Shown: piece by piece, positions 1 to 7,527 of the stretch
Position numbering within the stretch: the first letter of the stretch is position 1
Layout: every line of letters begins with the position of its first letter
Assembly (NCBI GenBank): GCA_003555395.1
Contig: PWHU01000077.1
Coordinates: 1 to 51,012 of the forward strand
Direction of reading: 5' to 3'
Source: Thermoplasmata archaeon
GTDB taxonomy: Archaea; Thermoplasmatota; Thermoplasmata; Halarchaeoplasmatales; Halarchaeoplasmataceae
Length of the DNA stretch: 51,012 nt
Notes under the pieces: model-generated
Databases searched by the model: none
What the model saw: the letters and a program-made list of their open reading frames with translations, nothing else
What the model was told of the DNA's origin: nothing
Position numbers and translations under genes: made by a program

Positions 1-338
1 GCACCAGCGATACCGAACCCTCCTCGTTCTGCAGAGAGCCCCTCGAAGAGGAAAAGCGAAACGAGTCCTACGCTGAAAAGAACTACGGTCAAAAGTAAAA
101 ATACGGCACCGATCTTAAGATGAAATTTCTTATCACCGTTGGCCGCTGTGAAGGGATAGACACCCTTGAAGAGTTCCCAGTAATACTTTGTTTCCTTAAC
201 CCTTGGTTCATCCCATCGATCCCTGTAGCTTAACCCGCAGTAGGGACAGTAGACCTGTATCTTATCGTTGAATCTATTCTTTCCATCGGCGTAAAATTGT
301 GCTCTACACCTAGGACAGTGGGTTAACAGGTTTTTCAT
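1..338 (-). CDS. Zinc-ribbon membrane protein, truncated by the window edge
   Basis: Not in the ORF track because there is no stop in the window. My own translation from the reverse-strand ATG at 338 is stop-free to position 1: MKNLLTHCPRCRAQFYADGKNRFNDKIQVYCPYCGLSYRD...KIGAVFLLLTVVLFSVGLVSLFLF. It has a CPRC-x19-CPYC zinc ribbon followed by a hydrophobic helix. Confidence 0.5.
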   Translation of the reverse strand, partial: MKNLLTHCPRCRAQFYADGKNRFNDKIQVYCPYCGLSYRDRWDEPRVKETKYYWELFKGVYPFTAANGDKKFHLKIGAVFLLLTVVLFSVGLVSLFLFEGLSAERGGFGIAG

Positions 339-408
339 CACAAGATCATATGCTTGGGAAGGGATAAGAGTTTTTTGTTCATGGATCGATAGATTCCAAG
401 GAGAAAAC

Positions 409-416
409 ATATTTAA
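409..416 (+). promoter_or_regulatory. TATA-like box (ATATTTAA) about 30 nt upstream of the TTG start at 442
   Basis: A/T-rich octamer at the spacing expected for an archaeal TATA box with a leaderless or near-leaderless mRNA. There is no Shine-Dalgarno motif between it and the start. Confidence 0.35.
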
Positions 417-441
417 GAGATGCATAGATTAAGTCTACACC

Positions 442-2109
442 TTGTCACCTAACATAGATCTACCGGAAGGACTAAAAGCACAGGAGATAGAGGGCTTCGG
501 AAAACTTCAACCCCTGCTGGAGAAGTTGAAACGCTATTCGTTCCATGGTTATATCAAGGTCAGAATCAGGGACGAATATGAAGGCTATCTCGTTTTGAAA
601 GACGGGCTACCCAGGAACGCCCTGTTCTATGATCTGAAGGCGGATAAACTCAAAAAAGGTCTCACCGCACTTCAGTATATACATACTCTGGATACGAACC
701 CCAATCTCTACATATCTGTCCATACTGATATAGATATAGATGAATTGATGAACAAGATAGGGGGCCGGCTCCCGGTCCGTGGCGAGAAAGGTGAAGCTGG
801 CGGTAAATCCTCTGCCCCACGTAAACCGAGCGAGATGTTCAGGCAGCAGACTCTTGAGTGGTCGGAAGGCGCCTTGAGTGACCGACCTAAAGAGATCAGA
901 GAAGATTTTCCGGAGTTGTATTCCTTCAAAAATTTTATCGTCGGTCCTAACAACCGGTTCGCCTATACCGCTGCGCTGTCCGTGGCGGAAAATCCGGACA
1001 AGAGCTACAATCCCCTTTTCATAACCAGCAAGACCGGCTTGGGTAAGACCCATCTGTTGAAGGCTATCGGGCGAGCCCAACTCATAGACGATAGAGATAG
1101 AAATGTGAAATATGTGGTCACCTCCAAACTTTTGAACGAGATAGAAGAGGCCAAAAAGAAAGAGGATATGTCCGATCTCAGAAAAAAGTATCTCGAGGTC
1201 GATACTCTGCTTTTGGACGATATCCAATCTTTAGCCAATAAGGAACATCTCCAAGAAGAGTTTTTCTACATCCTATCGGAATTACAGAGCAGCGGCGGCC
1301 TTATAATATTATCCGCGGATAGATCTCCCGAAGAGATTCCGGAGGTGGAGGATCACCTTATCTCACGTTTCAAGTCCGGTTTGGTAGTTGATATCCTAGC
1401 TCCGAGTTACCAGACCCGAAAGAACATAATCGAATACAAAGCGAAGAAGGAAAGACATGACATACCTGGAGACGTGGTCAACTACATGGCAAAAAAGATC
1501 AGGAAGAACGTCAGCTCCATAGAAGGGGCCTTGAACAGGGTCACCGCCTATTCGACCCTTATGGATAAGCCCATAACTCTAGAGACCATGGAACAAGTTT
1601 TATCGAGATATATAGATGAGGAAGTCGATACCGAGGAGAGACTCAGACCTCAGTTCAAACCCGGCAGGAGTTACATCGTAGAGGAAGAGACCACACCCTC
1701 CGAAGGTTTGGGTCTCATCGACGAACTTCCTCCGGGGAAGCAGAAATTCGTGCTTTCCAGGATGAACCCCGATCAGATAAAGGACGAGTACCAGATCGAG
1801 AATGCGGAGATCGCTTGGTTGACAGATAGAAAGAGTGATGAATATACGACCATACCTCCCAACCTAGAAAGATTGAGCTGGACCCTTGAAGAACAGATAA
1901 AAAACATGGACGTAGTCTTCATCGACGGCCTTGAATATTTGATAAGCAACACCAGCTTCGATGCCAGCATCCAGTTCATAAGACACATAGTTGATGTGGT
2001 ATCCGAAACTGACACCGTCTTCGTAGTGGTGGTCAACCCGAGAGCCATGGAAAGCAAGGAGATCAGTATACTCGAAAGAGAGATGGACGTAATATCTTAT
2101 GTGAGCTAA
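442..2109 (+). CDS. DnaA-type AAA+ ATPase fused to a C-terminal DUF835 domain; N-terminal ~100 aa small domain (possibly DUF4388/PATAN-like)
   Basis: The 555-aa ORF starts at TTG. Residues ~160-375 align by eye to DnaA domain III: FIVGPNNRFAYTAALSVAENP, NPLFITSKTGLGKTHLLKAIG (Walker A), DTLLLDDIQ (Walker B), LQEEFFYILSEL, IILSADRSP (sensor 1), ISRFKSGL, NVSSIEGALNRV. Residues ~405-552 match the DUF835 pattern (GRSYIVEE..., FVLSRMNPDQI, IAWLTD, VFIDGLEYLI, FIRHIVDVV, ILEREMDVI). No DnaA domain IV is present. Confidence 0.75.
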   Translation: MSPNIDLPEGLKAQEIEGFGKLQPLLEKLKRYSFHGYIKVRIRDEYEGYLVLKDGLPRNALFYDLKADKLKKGLTALQYIHTLDTNPNLYISVHTDIDIDELMNKIGGRLPVRGEKGEAGGKSSAPRKPSEMFRQQTLEWSEGALSDRPKEIREDFPELYSFKNFIVGPNNRFAYTAALSVAENPDKSYNPLFITSKTGLGKTHLLKAIGRAQLIDDRDRNVKYVVTSKLLNEIEEAKKKEDMSDLRKKYLEVDTLLLDDIQSLANKEHLQEEFFYILSELQSSGGLIILSADRSPEEIPEVEDHLISRFKSGLVVDILAPSYQTRKNIIEYKAKKERHDIPGDVVNYMAKKIRKNVSSIEGALNRVTAYSTLMDKPITLETMEQVLSRYIDEEVDTEERLRPQFKPGRSYIVEEETTPSEGLGLIDELPPGKQKFVLSRMNPDQIKDEYQIENAEIAWLTDRKSDEYTTIPPNLERLSWTLEEQIKNMDVVFIDGLEYLISNTSFDASIQFIRHIVDVVSETDTVFVVVVNPRAMESKEISILEREMDVISYVS

Positions 2110-2112
2110 AAC

Positions 2113-2673
2113 TCAGTCTTCTTCGTTTTTTGAGTTCCCTGTTAGATGATCTAAAAGAGGTCTGCTCGTCGATGTTATCTTAGGATGAGGATGTGGATCA
2201 TGTACCGTGACGTTCTCGCATCTTTTGCATACAAGTGCTACGCCGAACTCTCCCTCGTGACTGCATGAGGGACATTCGAAAGTTTTTGGTAAAAGGGTCG
2301 AATCCAATATCTTGATCTCCAGCTGTGCCAACCTGCTGCCCAGCAAACCGATCTGAGTGGCCAATTTAGCTTCCATACTACTATCTTTATTTCCGAGTTC
2401 AGAATACTTTTGATAGAGATCTTCGGCCCTTTCTGCGGCACAAAAACCGTTCTTGACCAGTTCCTTAGGTGAATCGCCTTCCTCGAACATGTCGAAGGCT
2501 TTAGACTCTAGTGCTAACTTTTTCAACTTTTTTGAAATATCAGGGTTATCCACTATGGCATCTCTAATATTCTCAAGAGGTTCTTCGAGTTCCTCCGCTA
2601 TCTCCTTCAGCGATAACCCTTTATCGGATAGTTCGAGAAGCTTTTCATCCATCTCGTTTAGATCGGCGCTCAT
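2113..2673 (-). CDS. Putative HTH plus zinc-ribbon protein
   Basis: 186-aa ORF with an ATG start. It has an N-terminal helix-turn-helix-like segment (LSDKGLSLKEIAEELEEPLENIRDAI), a central helical region and a C-terminal CPSC-x14-CKRC zinc ribbon. Its stop lies 3 nt from the stop of the convergent 442..2109 gene. Confidence 0.55.
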   Translation of the reverse strand: MSADLNEMDEKLLELSDKGLSLKEIAEELEEPLENIRDAIVDNPDISKKLKKLALESKAFDMFEEGDSPKELVKNGFCAAERAEDLYQKYSELGNKDSSMEAKLATQIGLLGSRLAQLEIKILDSTLLPKTFECPSCSHEGEFGVALVCKRCENVTVHDPHPHPKITSTSRPLLDHLTGNSKNEED

Positions 2674-2733
2674 GATATCTTATCAAAATGACCTTTTTAC
2701 TTATAGTTATTGCGGACTTGAACAACATCTCGT

Positions 2734-3558
2734 TCATATCAGATCAAGACTGATATCCTGCGATCTTATCCGGTGAGTCAACGCGCCTACCGAGATCACG
2801 TCTACTCCTGCTGCCGCTACTTTATCTATATTCTCAAGGTTTACGTTTCCCGAGGCCTCCAAAACCACTTCGCCGTCCACCGTCTCTACCACTTCTTCCA
2901 TCTCGTCTATGGACATATTGTCCAGCATGATTATGTCCGCTCCTGTACAGAGTGCTTCCTCCGCCTCTTCGACGGTTCCCACTTCCACCTCGATCTTCAC
3001 CATATGGCTTTTTCTAACTCTCTTGACGGCTTCTTCTATACCCTCTGCTGACCGTATATGATTGTCCTTTATCAGCACTGCGTCGTAAAGTCCCATCCTG
3101 TGATTCCTACCTCCGCCGACCCTTACGGCGTACTTTTCGAGCATGCGGAGGTTGGGCGTAGTCTTCCGCGTATCTACAACCTTTACGTCGTGATCTTCTA
3201 CCTTTTTTACGTATTTATCGGTGCGTGTAGCTATGCCGGATAACCTCTGAAGGAAGTTCAAAGCGATCCTTTCCCCCTTCAGTATACTTCTAGTTCTGCC
3301 GGAGACCACTGCGATCTTTTCTCTAGGTCTTAAAGTTTCGCCGTCCTTTTTCAAACTCTCAAAATCTATATCGCTATCGATCTCTTTGAACACTTGTTCA
3401 GCTACGGGCAGGCCCGCGAGTATACCTTCTTCTTTGGCCTTGATCTCGCCGGACGACCGTTCATTTTTTGATATGACGCTGTCTGTGGTTATATCTCCGG
3501 TCCAAATATCCTCTTCTATGGCTTCAGCCACTATCTTTCTGATCCTGTGCTCGTTCAT
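2734..3558 (-). CDS. nadC: Nicotinate-nucleotide pyrophosphorylase (quinolinate phosphoribosyltransferase)
   Basis: The 274-aa protein has typical NadC stretches (ERIALNFLQRLSGIAT, VVDTRKTTPNLR, KYAVRVGGGRNHR, DAVLIKDNH, IMLDNM). Its start overlaps the nadB stop (ATGA). Confidence 0.9.
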   Translation of the reverse strand: MNEHRIRKIVAEAIEEDIWTGDITTDSVISKNERSSGEIKAKEEGILAGLPVAEQVFKEIDSDIDFESLKKDGETLRPREKIAVVSGRTRSILKGERIALNFLQRLSGIATRTDKYVKKVEDHDVKVVDTRKTTPNLRMLEKYAVRVGGGRNHRMGLYDAVLIKDNHIRSAEGIEEAVKRVRKSHMVKIEVEVGTVEEAEEALCTGADIIMLDNMSIDEMEEVVETVDGEVVLEASGNVNLENIDKVAAAGVDVISVGALTHRIRSQDISLDLI

Positions 3559-5138
3559 TTCACATACCCCTGGGGATTCTCTTTATCGAATAATACGTGT
3601 TTGTTATCCCATCCATGCTTTTTATCAGGATGATCGATCCTGAAATGCGCTCCTCTGCTTTCTTCTCTTATCAAGGCGGACCTACATATCAATATTCCGA
3701 CTCTCAGCATATTTTTGATCTCGTGACCTTCAGTGTTAAAAAAGGATATATTTTTGATTTTCTTCATTTCCTTTTCTAACCAACCGATGACTTCTATAAG
3801 TTCATCTTTTTCTCTTATTATACCGGCCTTATCCATCATAGAACTCCTTAACTCTTGCTTCAACCCCCACAAACATGGATCATCGCATATATCCTGTTCA
3901 GATCCCGTATGATCAACCTTCACAGAAGAACGGAGTCCATCTTTTCTGATACTCTCGAATATCCTGTGTCCGAAAACTAATCCTTCTAGTAATGAATTAC
4001 TCGCTAATCGGTTGGCGCCGTGGACGCCGGTGCAGGCGACTTCTCCACAAGCGAAAAGGTTCCGTATAGAAGTACGGCCGTCAAGATCGGTCTTTACTCC
4101 CCCTATCATGTAATGGGCTGAAGGTACTACCGGGATAGTATCAACTGTCATATCGATACCTTTTTTCTTTAAAGTAGTGTAAATGTTGGGGAATCTTCCC
4201 TTGATATACTTTTTGTCTAGATGAGTAACGTCAAGCCATACGTTTTCTTTATCGAACTTCTTTCCTTCGGCGATTATAGCTCTCGCCACAACGTCTCGTG
4301 GAGCTAGTTCAGATTCTTCATGATATTTTTCCATGAACCTCTCTCCCTCCTCATTTCTGAGTAAGCCACCTTCACCTCTAACGGTTTCAGAGATCAAGAA
4401 AGATACTCCTTCTGGATCGTATAGAGCCGTAGGATGGAACTGTATGAATTCCATATCGACTATCTCCGCTCCACACCTGTAGGCGGCTGCTACTCCGTCT
4501 CCCGTGGTAACATCCGGGTTCGTGGTATTTTTATATGCCATCCCACATCCCCCACTTGCTAAGATTCCGTAAGGTGCTCGGTAAAAAACGATGTTATCTT
4601 TATTGTGATCGCAGCAGAGTGCCCCAGCAAATCTGTCGTCTTCTACATATATATCTATGAGGAACGTCCTCTCGTTCAACTCAACATTTTCACGGTTCGT
4701 AGCGGCCGCGGTCAAAGATTCTCGGATCTCCTCTCCCGTGGCGTCGCCTCTAGCGTGCAGTACTCTCCTTCTGCTGTGTGCCCCTTCCCTCGCCAGGTCC
4801 AGTTCTCCTTCTATAAAATCGAACTGCGTACCTAACTCGATGAGTTCATTGACCCTATCAGGGCCTTCTTTGACCAGGACTCTCACGGCATCCTCGTTAC
4901 AGAAATCGGCTCCGGCCTGTAAGGTATCTTTCATATGTAGCTCCCAGGAATCCCCTTTATCCAGAACCGCGGCGATGCCGCCTTGGGCGTACTGGGTGCT
5001 GCTTTCCTCCACACTGTTTTTGGTGATTATTTGAACCTCACCCAGTCTGCCAAGCTTCAAAGCTGTATAAAGGCCGGCGATCCCACTCCCCACTACAAGA
5101 AAATCGGTTTCAATTTTATCATCTATATGTGCGGTCAT
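3555..5138 (-). CDS. nadB: L-aspartate oxidase
   Basis: FAD-binding N-terminus (DFLVVGSGIAGL), then QGGIAAV, HPTAL, GGLLRNEEGERFM and a C-terminal RGAHFR motif. The ATG at 5138 overlaps the nadA stop; a GTG at 5141 is an alternative start. Confidence 0.9.
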   Translation of the reverse strand: MTAHIDDKIETDFLVVGSGIAGLYTALKLGRLGEVQIITKNSVEESSTQYAQGGIAAVLDKGDSWELHMKDTLQAGADFCNEDAVRVLVKEGPDRVNELIELGTQFDFIEGELDLAREGAHSRRRVLHARGDATGEEIRESLTAAATNRENVELNERTFLIDIYVEDDRFAGALCCDHNKDNIVFYRAPYGILASGGCGMAYKNTTNPDVTTGDGVAAAYRCGAEIVDMEFIQFHPTALYDPEGVSFLISETVRGEGGLLRNEEGERFMEKYHEESELAPRDVVARAIIAEGKKFDKENVWLDVTHLDKKYIKGRFPNIYTTLKKKGIDMTVDTIPVVPSAHYMIGGVKTDLDGRTSIRNLFACGEVACTGVHGANRLASNSLLEGLVFGHRIFESIRKDGLRSSVKVDHTGSEQDICDDPCLWGLKQELRSSMMDKAGIIREKDELIEVIGWLEKEMKKIKNISFFNTEGHEIKNMLRVGILICRSALIREESRGAHFRIDHPDKKHGWDNKHVLFDKENPQGYVK

Positions 5139-6049
5139 CACTCACTTCCTCTTCCTATCCGGATCATCCGCTCCAGTGGTTTCTTCGCCCTGCTTGCCAA
5201 TCCCTCGTCAACGGTGATCACGGGTTCCAATCGCTCTAGAGATCTAACTACCTTCTCTAACGTTATCTTCTTCATGTTCTGACATGTCGGATCTCCCGGG
5301 AAGTGATATTCTTTTTCTGGCACCTCTTTTTTCAGCCGGTATCCCATCTCCTTCTCGGTGCCTATTATCATGTGTTTAGCACTAGTTGTTTTAGCCCTCT
5401 CCAATATGCCGGCGGTGGATTCTACGAAGTCCGCTATATCCACTATCTCGGGCTTACACTCGGGATGGACAACGACTTCGGCTTCAGGGTATTCGTTCAT
5501 CAACTTTTCCACGTCCTCTTTCATGATGTCATCGTGGGTGGCACAGTACCCTTCCCATAAGTCGACTTCCTTATCCTGGACGAATCTCTTTACGTAGTGT
5601 CCCAAATTTCTGTCCGGTACGAACAACACCTTGGGATTGTCTAAACTTTCAACGACCTTTACCGCGTTGGAAGAGGTACAGCAGACGTCTGATTCCGCCT
5701 TGGTCTCTATATTGGTGTTGACGTAAGATACCACAGCGGCGTCAGGATTTTTTTCCTTGTAATCTCTAAGCTCGTCCAAATCGACCATCTGAGCCATCGG
5801 ACATCCGGCCTGTGATTCCGGATGGATGATCCTTTTGTCCGTATTGAGGACGGCGGCGGATTCGACCATGAAGTCCACTCCGCAGAAAACCACGTTTGAA
5901 ACATCTAATTCAGTAACTTTTCTAGCCAAACCGAATGAATCTCCTACGAATTCCGCCGCATCCTGTATCTCGCCTACTTGGTAGTTGTGCGCAACGATGA
6001 CCGCATCGTTCTCTTCCTTCAATTCCTCGATCCTGTCGCTCAGAGACAT
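5138..6049 (-). CDS. nadA: Quinolinate synthase
   Basis: 303 aa with NadA hallmarks (VIVAHNYQ, FVGDSFGLA, FCGVDFM, CPMA, VSYVNT, VCCTSSNA, VHPEC). It is the first gene of a nadA-nadB-nadC operon on the minus strand. Confidence 0.9.
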   Translation of the reverse strand: MSLSDRIEELKEENDAVIVAHNYQVGEIQDAAEFVGDSFGLARKVTELDVSNVVFCGVDFMVESAAVLNTDKRIIHPESQAGCPMAQMVDLDELRDYKEKNPDAAVVSYVNTNIETKAESDVCCTSSNAVKVVESLDNPKVLFVPDRNLGHYVKRFVQDKEVDLWEGYCATHDDIMKEDVEKLMNEYPEAEVVVHPECKPEIVDIADFVESTAGILERAKTTSAKHMIIGTEKEMGYRLKKEVPEKEYHFPGDPTCQNMKKITLEKVVRSLERLEPVITVDEGLASRAKKPLERMIRIGRGSE

Positions 6050-6107
6050 CGCTTATTCATATATAACTCCATTATAAGTTTTTACCCTTTGAGTGAAGTA
6101 AGAAAAG

Positions 6108-6203
6108 TGCTCCCGGGGGGATTCGAACCCCCGTAATCGGCTATCCCTGGCCGTTGTCGGCCTCGAAAGGCCGAGATGATTGGCCGGACTACACCACAGG
6201 AGC
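6108..6203 (-). tRNA. tRNA-Glu (anticodon UUC) with a 21-nt intron; CCA not encoded
   Basis: Reverse complement: GCTCCTGTGGTGTAGTCCGGCCAATCATCTCGGCCTTTCG[AGGCCGACAACGGCCAGGGAT]AGCCGATTACGGGGGTTCGAATCCCCCCGGGAGCA. The acceptor stem is GCTCCTG/CGGGAGC and the T-arm is GGGGG-TTCGAAT-CCCCC. After removing the bracketed segment the anticodon stem is TCGGC/GCCGA with loop CTTTCGA. The mature length is 75 nt. Confidence 0.85.
6143..6163 (-). other. tRNA-Glu intron at the canonical 37/38 position (boundary ambiguous by 1 nt)
   Basis: The 21-nt insert contains the hairpin GGCCG-ACAA-CGGCC and can also pair with the 5' anticodon stem (TCGGCC/GGCCGA). This is compatible with a bulge-helix-bulge splice substrate. 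Confidence 0.7.
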
Positions 6204-6302
6204 AAATTACGTAGTAATTTGCGACTCATTGGAACGTACTTCCGAACCAGGAGCAAAATGTGAACGCAGTGAGCATTTTGCGACTAAGCGGAACGTACTT
6301 CC
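6197..6302. repeat. Two tandem ~52-55-nt units directly upstream of tRNA-Glu (relative to the minus strand)
   Basis: On the plus strand each unit reads CAGGAGC, an A/T hairpin, GCGACT, N4, then GGAACGTACTTCC. Unit A is 6197..6243, with hairpin GCAAATTAC-GTA-GTAATTTGC at 6202..6222. Unit B is 6248..6302, with hairpin GCAAAATG-N13-CATTTTGC at 6253..6281. The CAGGAGC of unit A is the complement of the tRNA 5' acceptor strand. Confidence 0.6.
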
Positions 6303-6423
6303 ACGTCGTCAGGGGCGATCGTGTGGCTTTCACTTAAAAGCTGACCTTAATATATATTTTTCTCCTTGCTCAAGAGATCGGGGCGAAAAACTTATACTGA
6401 CTTCTCAATACCGAAGCGGTGGT

Positions 6424-7527
6424 ATGTTGGAAGAAAAAGACCCGTTCGTTTACGCTCACGAGAAGGAAAAAGAGATAGTCTGGATGAGTCAGAATACAAA
6501 TCAGATAAAGACCTCGCCTAAGATAATGGAATCTATGATAAAGGCGCTTGAGGAGGGAAAGCACAACCTATATCCCCATAGAGACGGTATATTGGGTTTT
6601 AAAGATGATATCTTGAAAGACCTCGGACTAAAAGGTGAAGGCTTCGACGCGCTGATCACCAACGGCGGCATCGAGGGGACTTACACATTGACAAGATCTA
6701 TGCTCGACGAAGGTGACAACGTCATCGCTTCGGACCCGAGCTTCATGCCGATCCATCATCAGATAGAATTGTGCGGCGCCGAACCTAAAGAGATAGATAT
6801 TTACAAGGATCCTTACAAACTCTCCATAGATGAAGTCAACGAAGCCGTCAACGGTGACACCAAGATGATACTACTGATCGATCCGCTTAATCCGTTAGGA
6901 AGTTCTTATACTGAAGAGGAGGTCAAGGGCATCTCTCAAATAGCGGAAGATAACGATCTATTACTGATACACGACATAACGTATCGCGATTTTGCATACG
7001 AGCACACTCTAGCTTCGGAGTTCGTTCCCGAAAGGACCATATTTGCGTGCTCTTTTTCAAAGAATGTAGGGTTCGCAGGGATGAGATTGGGCGCTTTGGT
7101 GATGCCTGAAGAGTATTCCGATATATTGCACAAATACAGAACCAACGTTCTTTCCGCCAACGTGATAGCTCAGGTCGGAGCTAAAAAAGCGTTAGAAACG
7201 AAAGAAGAGTGGCTCCCCGACATGCTTGAACAATCCAGGAAGAACCAGAAGATCATCAAAGAAGCGGTGGAAGAGATACCGGACGTACACCTCCCTGTTT
7301 ATCCTTCCAGCACGAACATGTTCGTGATAGATGTGGAAAAAACGGGTCTGGATCCGCAAAAGATACAGAAAAAATTACTCTACGAACATGATGTATTCGT
7401 ACGCGGCGGCAATTACTTATCGAAAACTGCGGGAGATAAGTTTATCAGAGTTTCTTTCACGGTACCGGAAGAAGGTGCAAGAAAATTCGCAGAAAAATTA
7501 GCGCTGGTGATGGATGATCTGAGATGA
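6424..7527 (+). CDS. PLP-dependent aminotransferase, class I/II
   Basis: The track ORF starts at 6154, but its first 90 codons overlap the tRNA and the repeats. The first plausible start is ATG 6424 (MLEEKDPF...), preceded by GGTGG. Family motifs: LITNGGIEG, LLIDPLNPLG, LLIHDITYRDF, SFSKNVGFAGMRLG (PLP lysine context). Confidence 0.8.
   Translation: MLEEKDPFVYAHEKEKEIVWMSQNTNQIKTSPKIMESMIKALEEGKHNLYPHRDGILGFKDDILKDLGLKGEGFDALITNGGIEGTYTLTRSMLDEGDNVIASDPSFMPIHHQIELCGAEPKEIDIYKDPYKLSIDEVNEAVNGDTKMILLIDPLNPLGSSYTEEEVKGISQIAEDNDLLLIHDITYRDFAYEHTLASEFVPERTIFACSFSKNVGFAGMRLGALVMPEEYSDILHKYRTNVLSANVIAQVGAKKALETKEEWLPDMLEQSRKNQKIIKEAVEEIPDVHLPVYPSSTNMFVIDVEKTGLDPQKIQKKLLYEHDVFVRGGNYLSKTAGDKFIRVSFTVPEEGARKFAEKLALVMDDLR

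Noticed and set aside
607-1227. 206-aa ORF antisense to the DnaA-like gene. Similar long antisense ORFs occur at 31478..32056, 45080..45544, 49846..50484 and 25112..25537, among others.
   Set aside because: They lie entirely within well-supported genes on the other strand. Their composition is serine/leucine/phenylalanine-rich and low in complexity, unlike the acidic proteome, and they carry no motifs. They are typical shadow ORFs of GAN/GAR-rich coding sequence.
442-2109. Bacterial contamination or a chimeric contig, suggested by a DnaA-like gene.
   Set aside because: The gene lacks DnaA domains I, II and IV and is fused to the archaeal DUF835 domain. Its acidic composition and TTG/TATA context match its neighbours. 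Unmistakably archaeal genes and intron-containing tRNAs lie within a few kb on the same sequence.
6262-6279. Shared 12-13-mer GAACG(C/T)AGTGAG near both tRNA genes (6262..6274 and 29100..29112).
   Set aside because: It is a single short match with one mismatch, and the flanks do not align. That is within chance expectation given how many k-mers I compared by eye.
6204-6330. Box C/D sRNA in the tRNA-Glu upstream repeats or in the tRNA-Ser intron.
   Set aside because: There is no RUGAUGA C box paired with a CUGA D box at appropriate spacing on either strand. Only a weak AAUGAGU and an isolated CUGA are present.
6154-6423. N-terminal 90 codons of track ORF 6154..7527, and the minus-strand ORF 6053..6256.
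   Set aside because: Both read through the tRNA-Glu gene and the structured repeats. Aminotransferase homology only begins after ATG 6424.
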